NCBI GenBank assembly: GCA_963850305.1
Contig: CAWKKR010000002.1
Location: 96,001-160,000 of the forward strand
Reading direction: 5' to 3'
DNA from: an uncultured delta proteobacterium
GTDB lineage: Bacteria > Myxococcota_A > Polyangia > Polyangiales > Polyangiaceae
DNA length: 64,000 bases
The stretch's first letter is position 1, and each line of letters opens with the position of its first letter. The notes under the pieces are model-generated. The model had not been told where the DNA came from and did not search any database. It was given only the letters and a program-made list of their open reading frames with translations. The position numbers were made by a program, and so were the translations under genes. Of this stretch, positions 9,512 to 18,946 are shown piece after piece.

Positions 9512-10354
9512 ATGACCGCCCCACCCTTATCGCCCGTCGCCATCCGCGGCGTCGAGATTCCTCCATTTCTATACGGCACGGCATGGAAGGAGGAAGCAAC
9601 GGAGGAGTTCGTCACGCTCGCCATCCGCTCGGGCTTTCGTGGCATCGACACGGCCAACCAGCGCAAACACTACTTGGAGGCCGCCGTAGGCGAAGCGATA
9701 CGAAAGAGTGGCATCGACCGCAGCGCGCTCTTCATCCAGACGAAATTCACGTTCCGCGCGGGACAGGACTCTCGCCTGCCGTACGATCCCACGAAGGATA
9801 TCGCGACACAGGTCCAACAGTCGTTCGAGAGCTCCCTCGCGCACCTCCAGACGACGATGCTCGATTCCTACTTGCTGCATGGTCCCTCGGTCCGCAGTGG
9901 CCTCGCCGCGGACGACTGGTCCGCGTGGCTGGCGATGGAGAAACTGGCCCAGGCGGGCAGGACACGCCTGCTCGGCGTGAGCAACGTCTCCCTCGAGCAA
10001 CTCACGCAACTCCATCGTGACGCAACCGTGAAGCCCGCGTTCGTGCAGAACCGGTGCTACGCCAGCACCGGGTGGGACAGGGACGTGCGCGCCTTCTGCC
10101 GCGCGCACGATATCGTCTATCAGGGCTTCTCCCTCCTCACCGCGAACAACCGTGTGATGGCTTCGAAAGCACTCGGGGCGGTCGCAGACCGGCTCGGCCG
10201 GACGCGGGCACAGATCATCTTCAGGCTCGCGCTTCAGCTCGGCATGCTCCCGCTCACGGGGACCACGAGCGAGGATCACCAGCGAGAAGACCTCGCGTGC
10301 ACCGAGTTCGAATTGACCGACGACGACGTGCGAATGGTGGAGCGGCTGGCATGA
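9512..10354 (+). CDS. Aldo/keto reductase
   Basis: LYGTAWK, GFRGIDTA..Y, LFIQTKF, DSYLLHGP, LGVSN. Confidence 0.9.
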   Translation: MTAPPLSPVAIRGVEIPPFLYGTAWKEEATEEFVTLAIRSGFRGIDTANQRKHYLEAAVGEAIRKSGIDRSALFIQTKFTFRAGQDSRLPYDPTKDIATQVQQSFESSLAHLQTTMLDSYLLHGPSVRSGLAADDWSAWLAMEKLAQAGRTRLLGVSNVSLEQLTQLHRDATVKPAFVQNRCYASTGWDRDVRAFCRAHDIVYQGFSLLTANNRVMASKALGAVADRLGRTRAQIIFRLALQLGMLPLTGTTSEDHQREDLACTEFELTDDDVRMVERLA

Positions 10355-10729
10355 GACGCGAGCTCCACCAAGGAAACGAGTTCACGGCAAAGTGCTTACA
10401 TGCCGCGTGATGCGACTACAGATCCTGATTGGCTCGGGCCCGGCGACTACAGTAAGCAGCCGCCCACGTCGCGGCGGTTCGACGCTCGTCCTCGGCGTGA
10501 CGTTGCGCCCGCCCGCTGGTTAGCGCCAGTGCGATACGAGGCGACTGCTCGAGCTCGACGACGAGGTAATATCCGTTCGTCACGGAGGGCGCCGTGCCGT
10601 TGACGGTGGTGCCACAGCTCGCGTGTGACCGCACTCGACGACGCGAGCATCACTTGCCACGTCCCCTGAACATGATACCTTGACGGGCATGCGTGGGGGA
10701 CCTTGCAACGTTGGCGGGGCGAGATAAGC

Positions 10730-11539
10730 GTGTACCGCATCGCCCGGAAAGCTCCGTTGGCGCGTGGTTTCGCACTGCTCCTGACGTGCAGCGCCGTTGG
10801 CTGCGGCGGGAACGTGAAAGAGAACGCGTCCGCGGGCGATGTCACCGGAAGCGCTCGCTCGGCCGACGCCTCGGTCCCGGCGTGCGACCACTACTTCGCC
10901 GCGCAGTACGCTCGATGCGGCGGCCCTGTGTTGCCCGCGAGCGAGACGACACGCATCCGGGCGCGGTTCGAACAGCAGTGCCAGAATCAGGTCACCCTGC
11001 CGGGTAGCGGCATGAACGCCGCAAGCCTCGAAGCGTGCGCATCGGCGCTGGATGCGGCTCCCTGCGAGTCCCCCGACGGTCCTCCAGTCGCGTGCAACTT
11101 CAAGGGATCGTTGCCCGGCGGCGCACCTTGCAATGAGGGGTTCCAGTGTCAGAGCGGCAGTTGCGATGGGACTGCGTTCTCGAGCCCCGACGGACAGATT
11201 GGCCCCATCACCTGCGGAACTTGCGCGCCGTTCGCCGCGGTCGCTGTCGGGCAGGTGTGCGGCCATGCCGATTTCTCGGCGAGCTGCGCGGGCGACGCGC
11301 TCTGCTTGATCACCCCCGGCGAGGAGAATGCGGCCGCCCCGACCTATGTTTGCGTCGCACTCGTTCAAGGCGATGTCGGCGCGCCTTGCGATGAACTTTC
11401 GGCAAGCTGCAAGACTGGACTGTATTGCTCAGCGCAAACCGGGCGGTGCGCGAAGCTGGGAAGCGCGGGAGCGCCGTGCGGCGTCGGCGCCCGTTCTCCG
11501 GGCGCGTGCACGCTGCTCGACAGTACCGTGTGCAGGTGA
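10730..11539 (+). CDS. Cys-rich myxobacterial lipoprotein
   Basis: Lipobox AVGC; many paired Cys (GAPCNEGFQCQSGSC, CKTGLYC). Confidence 0.7.
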   Translation: MYRIARKAPLARGFALLLTCSAVGCGGNVKENASAGDVTGSARSADASVPACDHYFAAQYARCGGPVLPASETTRIRARFEQQCQNQVTLPGSGMNAASLEACASALDAAPCESPDGPPVACNFKGSLPGGAPCNEGFQCQSGSCDGTAFSSPDGQIGPITCGTCAPFAAVAVGQVCGHADFSASCAGDALCLITPGEENAAAPTYVCVALVQGDVGAPCDELSASCKTGLYCSAQTGRCAKLGSAGAPCGVGARSPGACTLLDSTVCR

Positions 11540-11566
11540 TCGAGCGCACCGTAGCCGGACCACACG

Positions 11567-12016
11567 ATGAGGCAGCAGCACCCGGAATGGCTGTGGCACG
11601 TGTTTCCGTTTCTGTTCCCAGCGATGTGGCTCGTCGTCTCGGTCATTCTTTCACTGTTCGGGGGATGGTGGAGCCTGGCGCGTGCGTATCCTCCGCTTCA
11701 GGAATTTATTGGGGAGCGGTTCCGCTGGAAGTCGGGCCGCCTCGGCAGCGTGTCTTACTCGGGGTGCCTGAACCTCGCGGCGAATGGCGATGGGTTGAGG
11801 GTAGCCGTCACTTTCCTGTTTCGTCTGGCTCATCCGCCCTTCCTCGTTCCATGGCCCGAGGTGGAAGCGATATCGGGTCGGCGCTTGTTCTCCCGCGTCA
11901 TCCAGTTGCGATTTCGGAAAGTGCCGATTGCGAACTTGGAAGTCTCGCGAAAGCTCGCCGAGCGTATCGCTGCCGCATCGAACGGCGCTTTCGTCGTGCC
12001 GCCCGAGGCTGCCTAA
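11567..12016 (+). CDS. Hypothetical membrane protein
   Basis: N-terminal TM segment (FPFLFPAMWLVVSVILSLFGGW); protein-like composition. Confidence 0.65.
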   Translation: MRQQHPEWLWHVFPFLFPAMWLVVSVILSLFGGWWSLARAYPPLQEFIGERFRWKSGRLGSVSYSGCLNLAANGDGLRVAVTFLFRLAHPPFLVPWPEVEAISGRRLFSRVIQLRFRKVPIANLEVSRKLAERIAAASNGAFVVPPEAA

Positions 12017-12044
12017 ACTCACGCGCTGAGGCGGACCGCAAGGG

Positions 12045-12236
12045 TCAGGACGAATTCTGAGCGGCGAACTGGATCATCGGCGAACCGCGCGTGCGAAGGG
12101 CGGAGAGGTACCGCGACTCGTCGTAGGGCACGCGGTCGACCCAGCAGCGCCAGACGATGCGGATCGAGTTGAACGCGAGGGCACGGACGGCGGCGTTGTG
12201 CACGGCGCCCTTTGCGCGGTGGCGTTCGTAGAACGT
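12045..12236 (-). pseudogene. IS110-family transposase C-terminal remnant (not in the ORF track)
   Basis: Manual translation: TFYERHRAKGAVHNAAVRALAFNSIRIVWRCWVDRVPYDESRYLSALRTRGSP, matching the IS110 C-terminal pattern. Confidence 0.75.
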
Positions 12237-12292
12237 ACCCTGACGGTGAAGGGAAGGAGCATGGGGCGAATCCAGCGTGTAGACTGTCGCGC

Positions 12293-12799
12293 ATGTACTA
12301 CCAGACGTTTTGCCAGATGAAGAAACAGCTCAACCAGTTCGACGGGTGGCTCGAGTCTGCCGCCGCGTTCGCGAAGACCAAATCGTTCGACCCGAACCTG
12401 TTCCTCGGTTTCCGGCTCGCACCCGATCAATTCGCGTTCGCGCGCCAGGTCCAGACCGCCTGTGACACGGCAAAGCTCGCCGCCTCTCGCCTCACCGGAA
12501 AAGGCGCTCCCGCGCAGGCTGATACCGAGAAAACCCTCGACGAGCTCCGCGGTCGGATCAGCTCCGTCATCGCGTACCTGGACGGACTCTCGGAGAAAGA
12601 CTTCGAGGGCGCCGCGAGCCGCGTCGTCACCCAGCCGCGCTGGGAGGGCAAGACCATGACCGGCGCAGATTATTTTCTCGAGCATGCCGTCCCGAATTTT
12701 TACTTTCATCTCACGACCAGCTTCGCCATCTTGCGGCATAACGGCGTGGATATCGGAAAGCGGGATTTCCTGGGGCCGCTCAGCCTCCGGAATCCATGA
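12293..12799 (+). CDS. DUF1993 family protein
   Basis: RLAPDQFAFARQVQTACD, PNFYFHLTT..AILRHNGVDIGKRDFLG. Confidence 0.9.
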   Translation: MYYQTFCQMKKQLNQFDGWLESAAAFAKTKSFDPNLFLGFRLAPDQFAFARQVQTACDTAKLAASRLTGKGAPAQADTEKTLDELRGRISSVIAYLDGLSEKDFEGAASRVVTQPRWEGKTMTGADYFLEHAVPNFYFHLTTSFAILRHNGVDIGKRDFLGPLSLRNP

Positions 12800-12901
12800 G
12801 CGCAGGCTGAAGGGCGTCGCCGGTCCGTCTCGTGCCGCCGCGAGCGGACCGAACACCTGGGCCTGCCCAAAGATTCCGCCCCGCGGGCCTCGTTGCCGGG
12901 G

Positions 12902-13540
12902 CTAGGTCTTCCTGCCCCACGCCGAGATCATCGGCGCGGTCACGAGATCCAGACGGCCTTCCGCGACGTTCGTCAGATGTCGGTCAATCTCGTCGGATGT
13001 CGCGTGACCGGCCGCGATCAGGCGGTCGCGGATCTGCGCGACCGTCGCGGTTTCCAGCCTCGAGCGCGCGGGCGACGCGATCGGAAAAGTAGCAGTCTCC
13101 GGAGACGTCGCAGAGTCCGGCTTCGCGGAGGAGGCGCCGCAGTCTTCGTCTGAATGCGAGGTCCGCGCCGCGGCTCGACATGAGCGCTCGAAAGCCCATG
13201 CGGATCTTGTTCGCGAGTTCCTGCTCGGGTCCCTGCACGTCCAGGCACGGGAGCGGCTGAAGCGCAGGATCGGCGTCTTCGCCGAGGAGACCGCCGCCAG
13301 GGCGGAGCGCCTTCACCAGGTGAAGGAGCGCTCGTTCGCGCTCGACGACGTGCACCAGCACGAGCCGAGCATGCACGAGGTCGAACGTCTCCGCCCGGCG
13401 GGTCGTCGCGAGCGCCATCGTGGAGACGGACGTCGACGTTGGTTGAATCGACCATCGCTCTGGACACATCGAGGTCCGGGGCCCGCACGTGACCCCGGGG
13501 GCCGACGCGCTCCGACATCTCACTCCATACCCCATACCGA
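12902..13540 (-). pseudogene. Class I SAM-dependent methyltransferase, multiply frameshifted
   Basis: Pieces in different frames: VGPRGHV..DLD, FDLVHARLVLVHV..LRPGG, and C-terminal DEIDRHL..DLVTAPMISAWGRKT*. Confidence 0.7.
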
Positions 13541-13637
13541 AGTTCCCCGGCTCTGACGGCTCGGGCCGTCGTGGGACGGCGGGGAGCGGCGGATCGACGA
13601 CGGGGACGGGGTTTGAGGACCTGGCCGCCGAGCACGC

Positions 13638-13673
13638 TTGACGAAGTCCGACGGAATCAGTACAAGTGTACGC
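13638..13673 (+). promoter_or_regulatory. Sigma70-like promoter overlapped by a FabR/DesT-type palindromic operator
   Basis: TTGACG(13638)-17 nt-TACAAG(13661); palindrome GTACA-AG-TGTAC at 13660-13671 covers the -10 element. Confidence 0.7.
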
Positions 13674-13736
13674 GCAACTGTAAACACGATCGTCCGACAG
13701 GCTGACGCACGGTTGTGAAACAAAAAAGGAAACCCG

Positions 13737-14918
13737 ATGCTCGCTTCAAGCTCACTGAACCAGATCGGTTTCAACAACAAGTTCCAGGGCTTGCGCTCGG
13801 TACTACGGGGTCGGGGCCTCGATCGTGCCCGTCCCTGGCTGGATCGGGCGAGCGCCCGGGTCACCGCCAACGTGCCGGTGCTCGAAGCTGTGCTCGGCAA
13901 GCTCGACCCCACCATCTCCCTAAACCGGATCCTGGCGAGCGTGGTCGAGATCCGAGAAGAAACGCACGACGTGAAGACCTACGTGCTCAAGCCGAACGCG
14001 CGCTTCGGGACGTTCCTGCCGGGCTCCCACGTCACGGTGCACCTGTCCATCGGCGGTCGGAAGGTGCAGCGCTCGTACAGCCTCTCGTCGGCGCCCGGTC
14101 CGGGCGGACTCGTCAGCATCACGGTCAAGCGAGTCCCGGGCGGCGTCGTGTCGAACCATCTCGCCGAAACCGTCATCGCGGGAGACGTGCTCGAGCTCGG
14201 CGCACCCCAGGGGCAGTTCGTGCTCGAGGCCCGGCCCGGCCCCCAGGAGAAGCTCGTCATGATCTCGGCAGGCAGCGGGATCACGCCGGTGATGTCGATG
14301 CTCCGTGACCTGGTCCGGCGCGGCTCGACGACCCACGTCACCTTCCTCCACTTTGCCCGCACCCCGAACGACGTCATCTTCGGCGAAGAGCTCGCGCGGA
14401 TCGCGGCGCGCTCTCCGAACGTGAGCGTTCGCGTGTGCGTCGAGGAGGCGGGGGACGACTGGAGCGACCTCCAGGGACGCTTCAGCCTCGCCTTGCTGGA
14501 AAACATCGTACCGGAGTTCCGGAGCGCGGAAACTTACCTGTGCGGTCCCTCCGGCTTCATGAAGACCGTCATGCAGACGTTCGAGCGCGCGGGCGCCGAT
14601 CTGTCGAAGCTGCGGTTCGAGCGGTTCAGCGCCGAGTTCGACGCATCCAGCTTTCTCGAGCACTCCCGGACGGTCCGCTTCCTACGCTCCGGAGTGGAGT
14701 CCCTCTCGAGCCACCCTCTCACCATCCTCCAGGACGCCGAGGCCCGGGGGGTGCGCGTCGAGTCCGGGTGTCGTGCGGGCACGTGCGGAACCTGCCGCTG
14801 CAAGAAACGAAAGGGCGTCGTGTTCAACACCGCCACGGGCCAGGAGTCCGGCGCAGGCGAAGAGATGATTTACCCCTGTGTTTCGGTCGCGAAGGGCACC
14901 GTGGAGGTCGAACTATGA
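13737..14918 (+). CDS. Ferredoxin-NAD(P) reductase with C-terminal 2Fe-2S domain (desaturase electron-transfer partner)
   Basis: RSYSLSS, GGVVSNHL, AGSGITP, YLCGPSGFM, GCRAGTCGTC...C. Confidence 0.9.
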   Translation: MLASSSLNQIGFNNKFQGLRSVLRGRGLDRARPWLDRASARVTANVPVLEAVLGKLDPTISLNRILASVVEIREETHDVKTYVLKPNARFGTFLPGSHVTVHLSIGGRKVQRSYSLSSAPGPGGLVSITVKRVPGGVVSNHLAETVIAGDVLELGAPQGQFVLEARPGPQEKLVMISAGSGITPVMSMLRDLVRRGSTTHVTFLHFARTPNDVIFGEELARIAARSPNVSVRVCVEEAGDDWSDLQGRFSLALLENIVPEFRSAETYLCGPSGFMKTVMQTFERAGADLSKLRFERFSAEFDASSFLEHSRTVRFLRSGVESLSSHPLTILQDAEARGVRVESGCRAGTCGTCRCKKRKGVVFNTATGQESGAGEEMIYPCVSVAKGTVEVEL

Positions 14919-16130
14919 ACACTGCGATGAACACGGTAGCGGACACCGAGCCCCGGACGCGAACCGGAGCGCCTCCGACCACGACGGGCCGGACGCCCAT
15001 CGATCTCGAGTCGCTGCGGCACGATCTCGACGAACTGCGCGCTCGCGTCCTGGCCAAGGTCGGCGGTGAAGACGCCGCCTACATCAAGAAGGTGCGCGCG
15101 GTCGCGCGCGCGCTGGAGGCGTCGGGGCGCCTGCTCATTCACCTGAGCGTGGAGCCCGTCGGCTTCAGCCTCGGAGTGCTCGGACTCGGGCTCAACAAGA
15201 TCATCGAGAACATGGAGCTCGGGCACAACGTGATGCACGGCCAGTACGACTTCATGGACGATCCGATCGCTCGACTCGAAGACGTACGAGTGGGACGTCG
15301 TCGGCACCGGCAAGACCTGGAAGCACGCACACAACGTGACGCACCACACGTACACCAACGTCATCGGCAAGGACGACGACTTCGGCTACCTGTTCTTCCG
15401 GCTATCGAGCGACGTCAAGTGGAGCCCGATCCACGTCTTTCAGTACTTCGTCAACCCGACGGCGGGCCTCTTCTTCGACCATGCCGTGTCGTACTACCAT
15501 GCACGGCCGTCCGAGTACCTGACGGCCCCGAAGGGAACGCCGGAGCGGAGCGCGCAGGTGCGGGAGATGCTGAGCGACTGGTTCGGGATCGCCCGGAAGT
15601 CGGCCAGGCTCTACGCGAAGGAGTACGTCTTCTATCCGGCGCTCGCCGGGCCGATGGCCCCGAAGGTTGCGCTCGGCAATGCCCTCGCGAGCGGGCTGCG
15701 CAACGTTTGGACGTACGCGGTCATCCAGTGCGGACATCTGCCGGAGACGACCAGCACGTTCACCGAGGAAGACCTGAAAGGCGAGACCCGCGGCGGCTTC
15801 TACCTCCGGCAGATCCTCGGCTCGAGCAACATCGAGGCGGGGCCGCTCCTCGGCGTGCTGACGGGGCACCTGAGCCATCAGATCGAGCATCATCTGTTCC
15901 CCGACGTCCCCGCGCATCGCTACCTCGAGATGGGCGTCGAGGTGCGGAAGATCTGCGAAAAGCACGGCATCCCGTACAACACCGCGAGCTTCCGGACGCA
16001 GTTCAAGAGCGTTCTGCGGGCCCTCGTCCGGTATTCGGTCCCGAACGCCCCGAGCGACGAACATCGGCGCGCGACCAGCGTCTACGAGGTCGAGTCGCGA
16101 CGGGCTGCGCATGTCGCCGTTGCGGTGTAG
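14915..16130 (+). CDS. Acyl-CoA (fatty acid) desaturase, DesA3/DesB-like; +1 frameshift near 15266
   Basis: His boxes ENMELGHNVMHGQYD, WKHAHNVTHHTYTN and HQIEHHLFP are split over two frames; removing one base near 15266 joins them. Confidence 0.85.
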
Positions 16131-16157
16131 CCTCGGCCCCATTGAAGGCGTCGGGCG

Positions 16158-16775
16158 TTGCGCGTCAATCCGGAAAAGAAAGAAGAACGGGAACGGGTCG
16201 CGCTCGCTCTCCTGCGGGCCACCCTGAGCCTCGCCGCCGCACACGGGTTTGCGAGCCTTGGCTTGCGTGAGGTGTCACGCGCTGCCGACATCGCGCCGAC
16301 CTCCTTCTATCGTCACTTCGCGGACATGGAGGCGCTCGGCCTCGCGCTGATCGAAGGGCTCGTCGGGGACCTCGTGCAAGGCGCCATCCTGCGCGCGAAG
16401 ACGGCCCCGCCGGAGGCAGGCGACCGGGTGGACGCGATGGCGAGCCACGTCCTGTCCGCGGCGCTCGAGGACCCGGAACTGACGCGCTTCATACTCGCCG
16501 AGCGAGCGGGTGCGATCCCTTCGTTCCGAGAGGCGCTCCGGAAGCAGCTCTCGTCGGTGTCGGTCGCGCTCGGGGTTGCCATGGATGCCGATCGTGTGAA
16601 CGGGAGCGGCGGCGTTCCCCCGTACGTCCCAGACGGCGCGGTCGTCCTCTTGCTCGACGCCTGCGGCCGGGCGCTCGAGCGCGCGCCCGCGGAAGTGCCG
16701 GCGCTCGTCGAACACGTTCTGCAGCAGATCCACGCGCTCTCCCGGGGCTCCGCGTCGACGAAGGGGAAGACATGA
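16158..16775 (+). CDS. TetR-family regulator, FabR/DesT-like
   Basis: GFASLGLREVSRAADIAPTSFYRHF HTH; directly downstream of the desaturase. Confidence 0.85.
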   Translation: MRVNPEKKEERERVALALLRATLSLAAAHGFASLGLREVSRAADIAPTSFYRHFADMEALGLALIEGLVGDLVQGAILRAKTAPPEAGDRVDAMASHVLSAALEDPELTRFILAERAGAIPSFREALRKQLSSVSVALGVAMDADRVNGSGGVPPYVPDGAVVLLLDACGRALERAPAEVPALVEHVLQQIHALSRGSASTKGKT

Positions 16776-17776
16776 GCGACCTCGCCGACGCGCTTCTCGC
16801 CGCGCACGTCGAGCACGAGCTGTCCCGGCTGCGCGGCGAGGCCTTCGCTGGATTGATCGACGAGCGCCTGTCGGCCGTGTGGCGGGCGCTCGAGTACGTC
16901 AAATTCACCGACGTCGTCACCCCCGAGCAGATCGTCGGAGTCGTCGAGCGCTACGCCATCGAGCTCAAGGTGAGCGGGGGCATCACGGAGCTCGTCGGTG
17001 AAATGTCGAACGTCGTCTTCTCCTCGTCGGTGAGCGAGAGGACGAGAATCGGCGAAATCTGCGACCCCGAATCCTACGAAGAATTCGCCGACAAGATCGT
17101 ATCGCTCGAGGGGGTGCAGCGCGAGCTCGTCCACCACGTGACCCAGAGCTCCGCGTTCGGCACCCTGGCCTCACGGGTGCTATCGCGAATGGTCACCGAT
17201 CTCGTGTTTCGTGGCGACACGGAAGGAGGCGGGCCTTCTCTCAGGAGCCTCGTGGCGACGCTCGGGCGCAAGGTGCTTCCAGGCCTCGAGCGGAGTGTCG
17301 GCACGGCGCTCTCGGGTTACGTCGAGCGACACCGGGAGCGACTCACGCGAAAGGGCGAGGAACACCTCCTCGAAGCGCTCGATCCCGAATGGATCCGGCA
17401 GATGGCGGACGAGATCTGGGACTCCATTTCGCGGAAGCCCCTCGCCGACGCTGGCCTCGTGTTCACCGCGCGAGATCTCGAAGACTTCGTCGTGCTCGGC
17501 TACGAGTTCTGGCTGAGGCTCCGGAAGACGCCTTACTTTCACGCGGTCGTCACCGAGGTCGTCAACCATCTCTTCGCGAAGTACGGCGACGAAAGCCTGC
17601 TCTCGGTCATCACGGACATGGGGATCAGCAAGGAGATGGTGAACCACGAGATCCTGACGTTCGCGGTTCCAGTGCTCGAGCTCGCGCACCGCACGGGCTA
17701 CCTCGAGAAAGAGCTCAGGGCCGTCCTCGAGCCTTTCTACCGCTCGCCCGCGTTCGCGGCCGTCGTCGCGCGGTGA
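16772..17776 (+). CDS. Hypothetical alpha-helical protein coupled to the TetR gene
   Basis: ATGA overlap, 334 aa, strong coding codon bias. Confidence 0.75.
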   Translation: MSDLADALLAAHVEHELSRLRGEAFAGLIDERLSAVWRALEYVKFTDVVTPEQIVGVVERYAIELKVSGGITELVGEMSNVVFSSSVSERTRIGEICDPESYEEFADKIVSLEGVQRELVHHVTQSSAFGTLASRVLSRMVTDLVFRGDTEGGGPSLRSLVATLGRKVLPGLERSVGTALSGYVERHRERLTRKGEEHLLEALDPEWIRQMADEIWDSISRKPLADAGLVFTARDLEDFVVLGYEFWLRLRKTPYFHAVVTEVVNHLFAKYGDESLLSVITDMGISKEMVNHEILTFAVPVLELAHRTGYLEKELRAVLEPFYRSPAFAAVVAR

Positions 17777-17850
17777 GACCTTCCGCAGTCGCGGAAACGC
17801 CCTTCCGCCGTCGCGGGAAACGCTCAAAATGTACCTGAAAATCCCTTTCG

Positions 17851-18723
17851 AGCCAAGGCTCTCGGACGGTCCGGCCTCCACGGCATCGCAGGGATCGTCA
17901 CGCCGGACACTCTGCTCGGCTGGTACCGGAAGCTGGTGGCCGCGAAGTGCGACGGCTCGGAGCGCCGCGGCGCGGGGCATCCGCGCACGCACGCAACGCT
18001 CGCCGACCTGGGGCTACACGCGCATTCGCGGAGCACTGTGGAATCTCGGCCACGATCTCGGGCGGAACACGATTCGGCGCATCTTGGCCGATGCAGGACT
18101 CGAGCCCGCGCCGGAGCGAGGGAAGCGGATCCGGTGGGCGACGTTCCTTAAAGCCCACTGGGGCGCCATCGCGGCGACGGACTTCTTCACGGTGGAGGTC
18201 GTGACCAACGTCGGCCTCGTGCGCTACTTCGTGCTCTTCGTGATCGATCTGAAGACTCGGCGCGTGCACATCGCGGGGATCGCCCACCAGATGTACGGCA
18301 AGTGGATGGAGCAGGTCGCGAGGACCCTGACCGACCCGCTCGAAGGCTTTCTGCGCGGGTCGCGTTACCTCATTCACGACCGCGATCCTCTGTTCACGGC
18401 GCGGTTTGCGGAAGTACTCGATGCCGCGGGCGTGAGCACCGTGAAGCTGCCCCCGAGAAGCCCGGATCTCAACGCGTTCGCGGAGCGGTTCGTGCGGTCC
18501 GCCAAGCAGGAGTGCCTCCGCAAAGTGATCCCGCTGGGCGAGACGCACCTGCGGAAGATCGTCGCCGAGTACGTCGACCACTACCACCGGGAGCGCAACC
18601 AACCAGGGGCTTGGCAACGAGCTGATCGAGCCCGACGGCTCGGGCCGTCATACCATCGGCGCGATCACGTGCAGGGAGAGGCTGGGTGGGACGCTCAGGT
18701 ACTATCATCGCGAGGCCGCATGA
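17851..18723 (+). pseudogene. Integrase-core (rve/DDE) IS transposase, 5'-truncated with internal deletion and frameshift
   Basis: [57 protein letters not shown], and (frame-corrected) ERNHQGLGN...[16 protein letters not shown]. Confidence 0.85.
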
Positions 18724-18946
18724 TTCCCGAGCGATCGAGTTTCGGCACACTACGGGGTCGGATGACGTTTTGATCTCGTCTGACGCCTTCGGCCCTCGTC
18801 GAGTTCCCCCGAGCCGTTCGCGCGCACTCCGCCCACTCTCGCGCGGAGCGTGATTGGGTCTCAGGCAGGCCGACGAGGGCGTCTTCGGCTCGGGGCCGTC
18901 GCCTTTTTGCTTGCCAAGGGCGGCAGTCGGGCTGTATCCACGGCTC

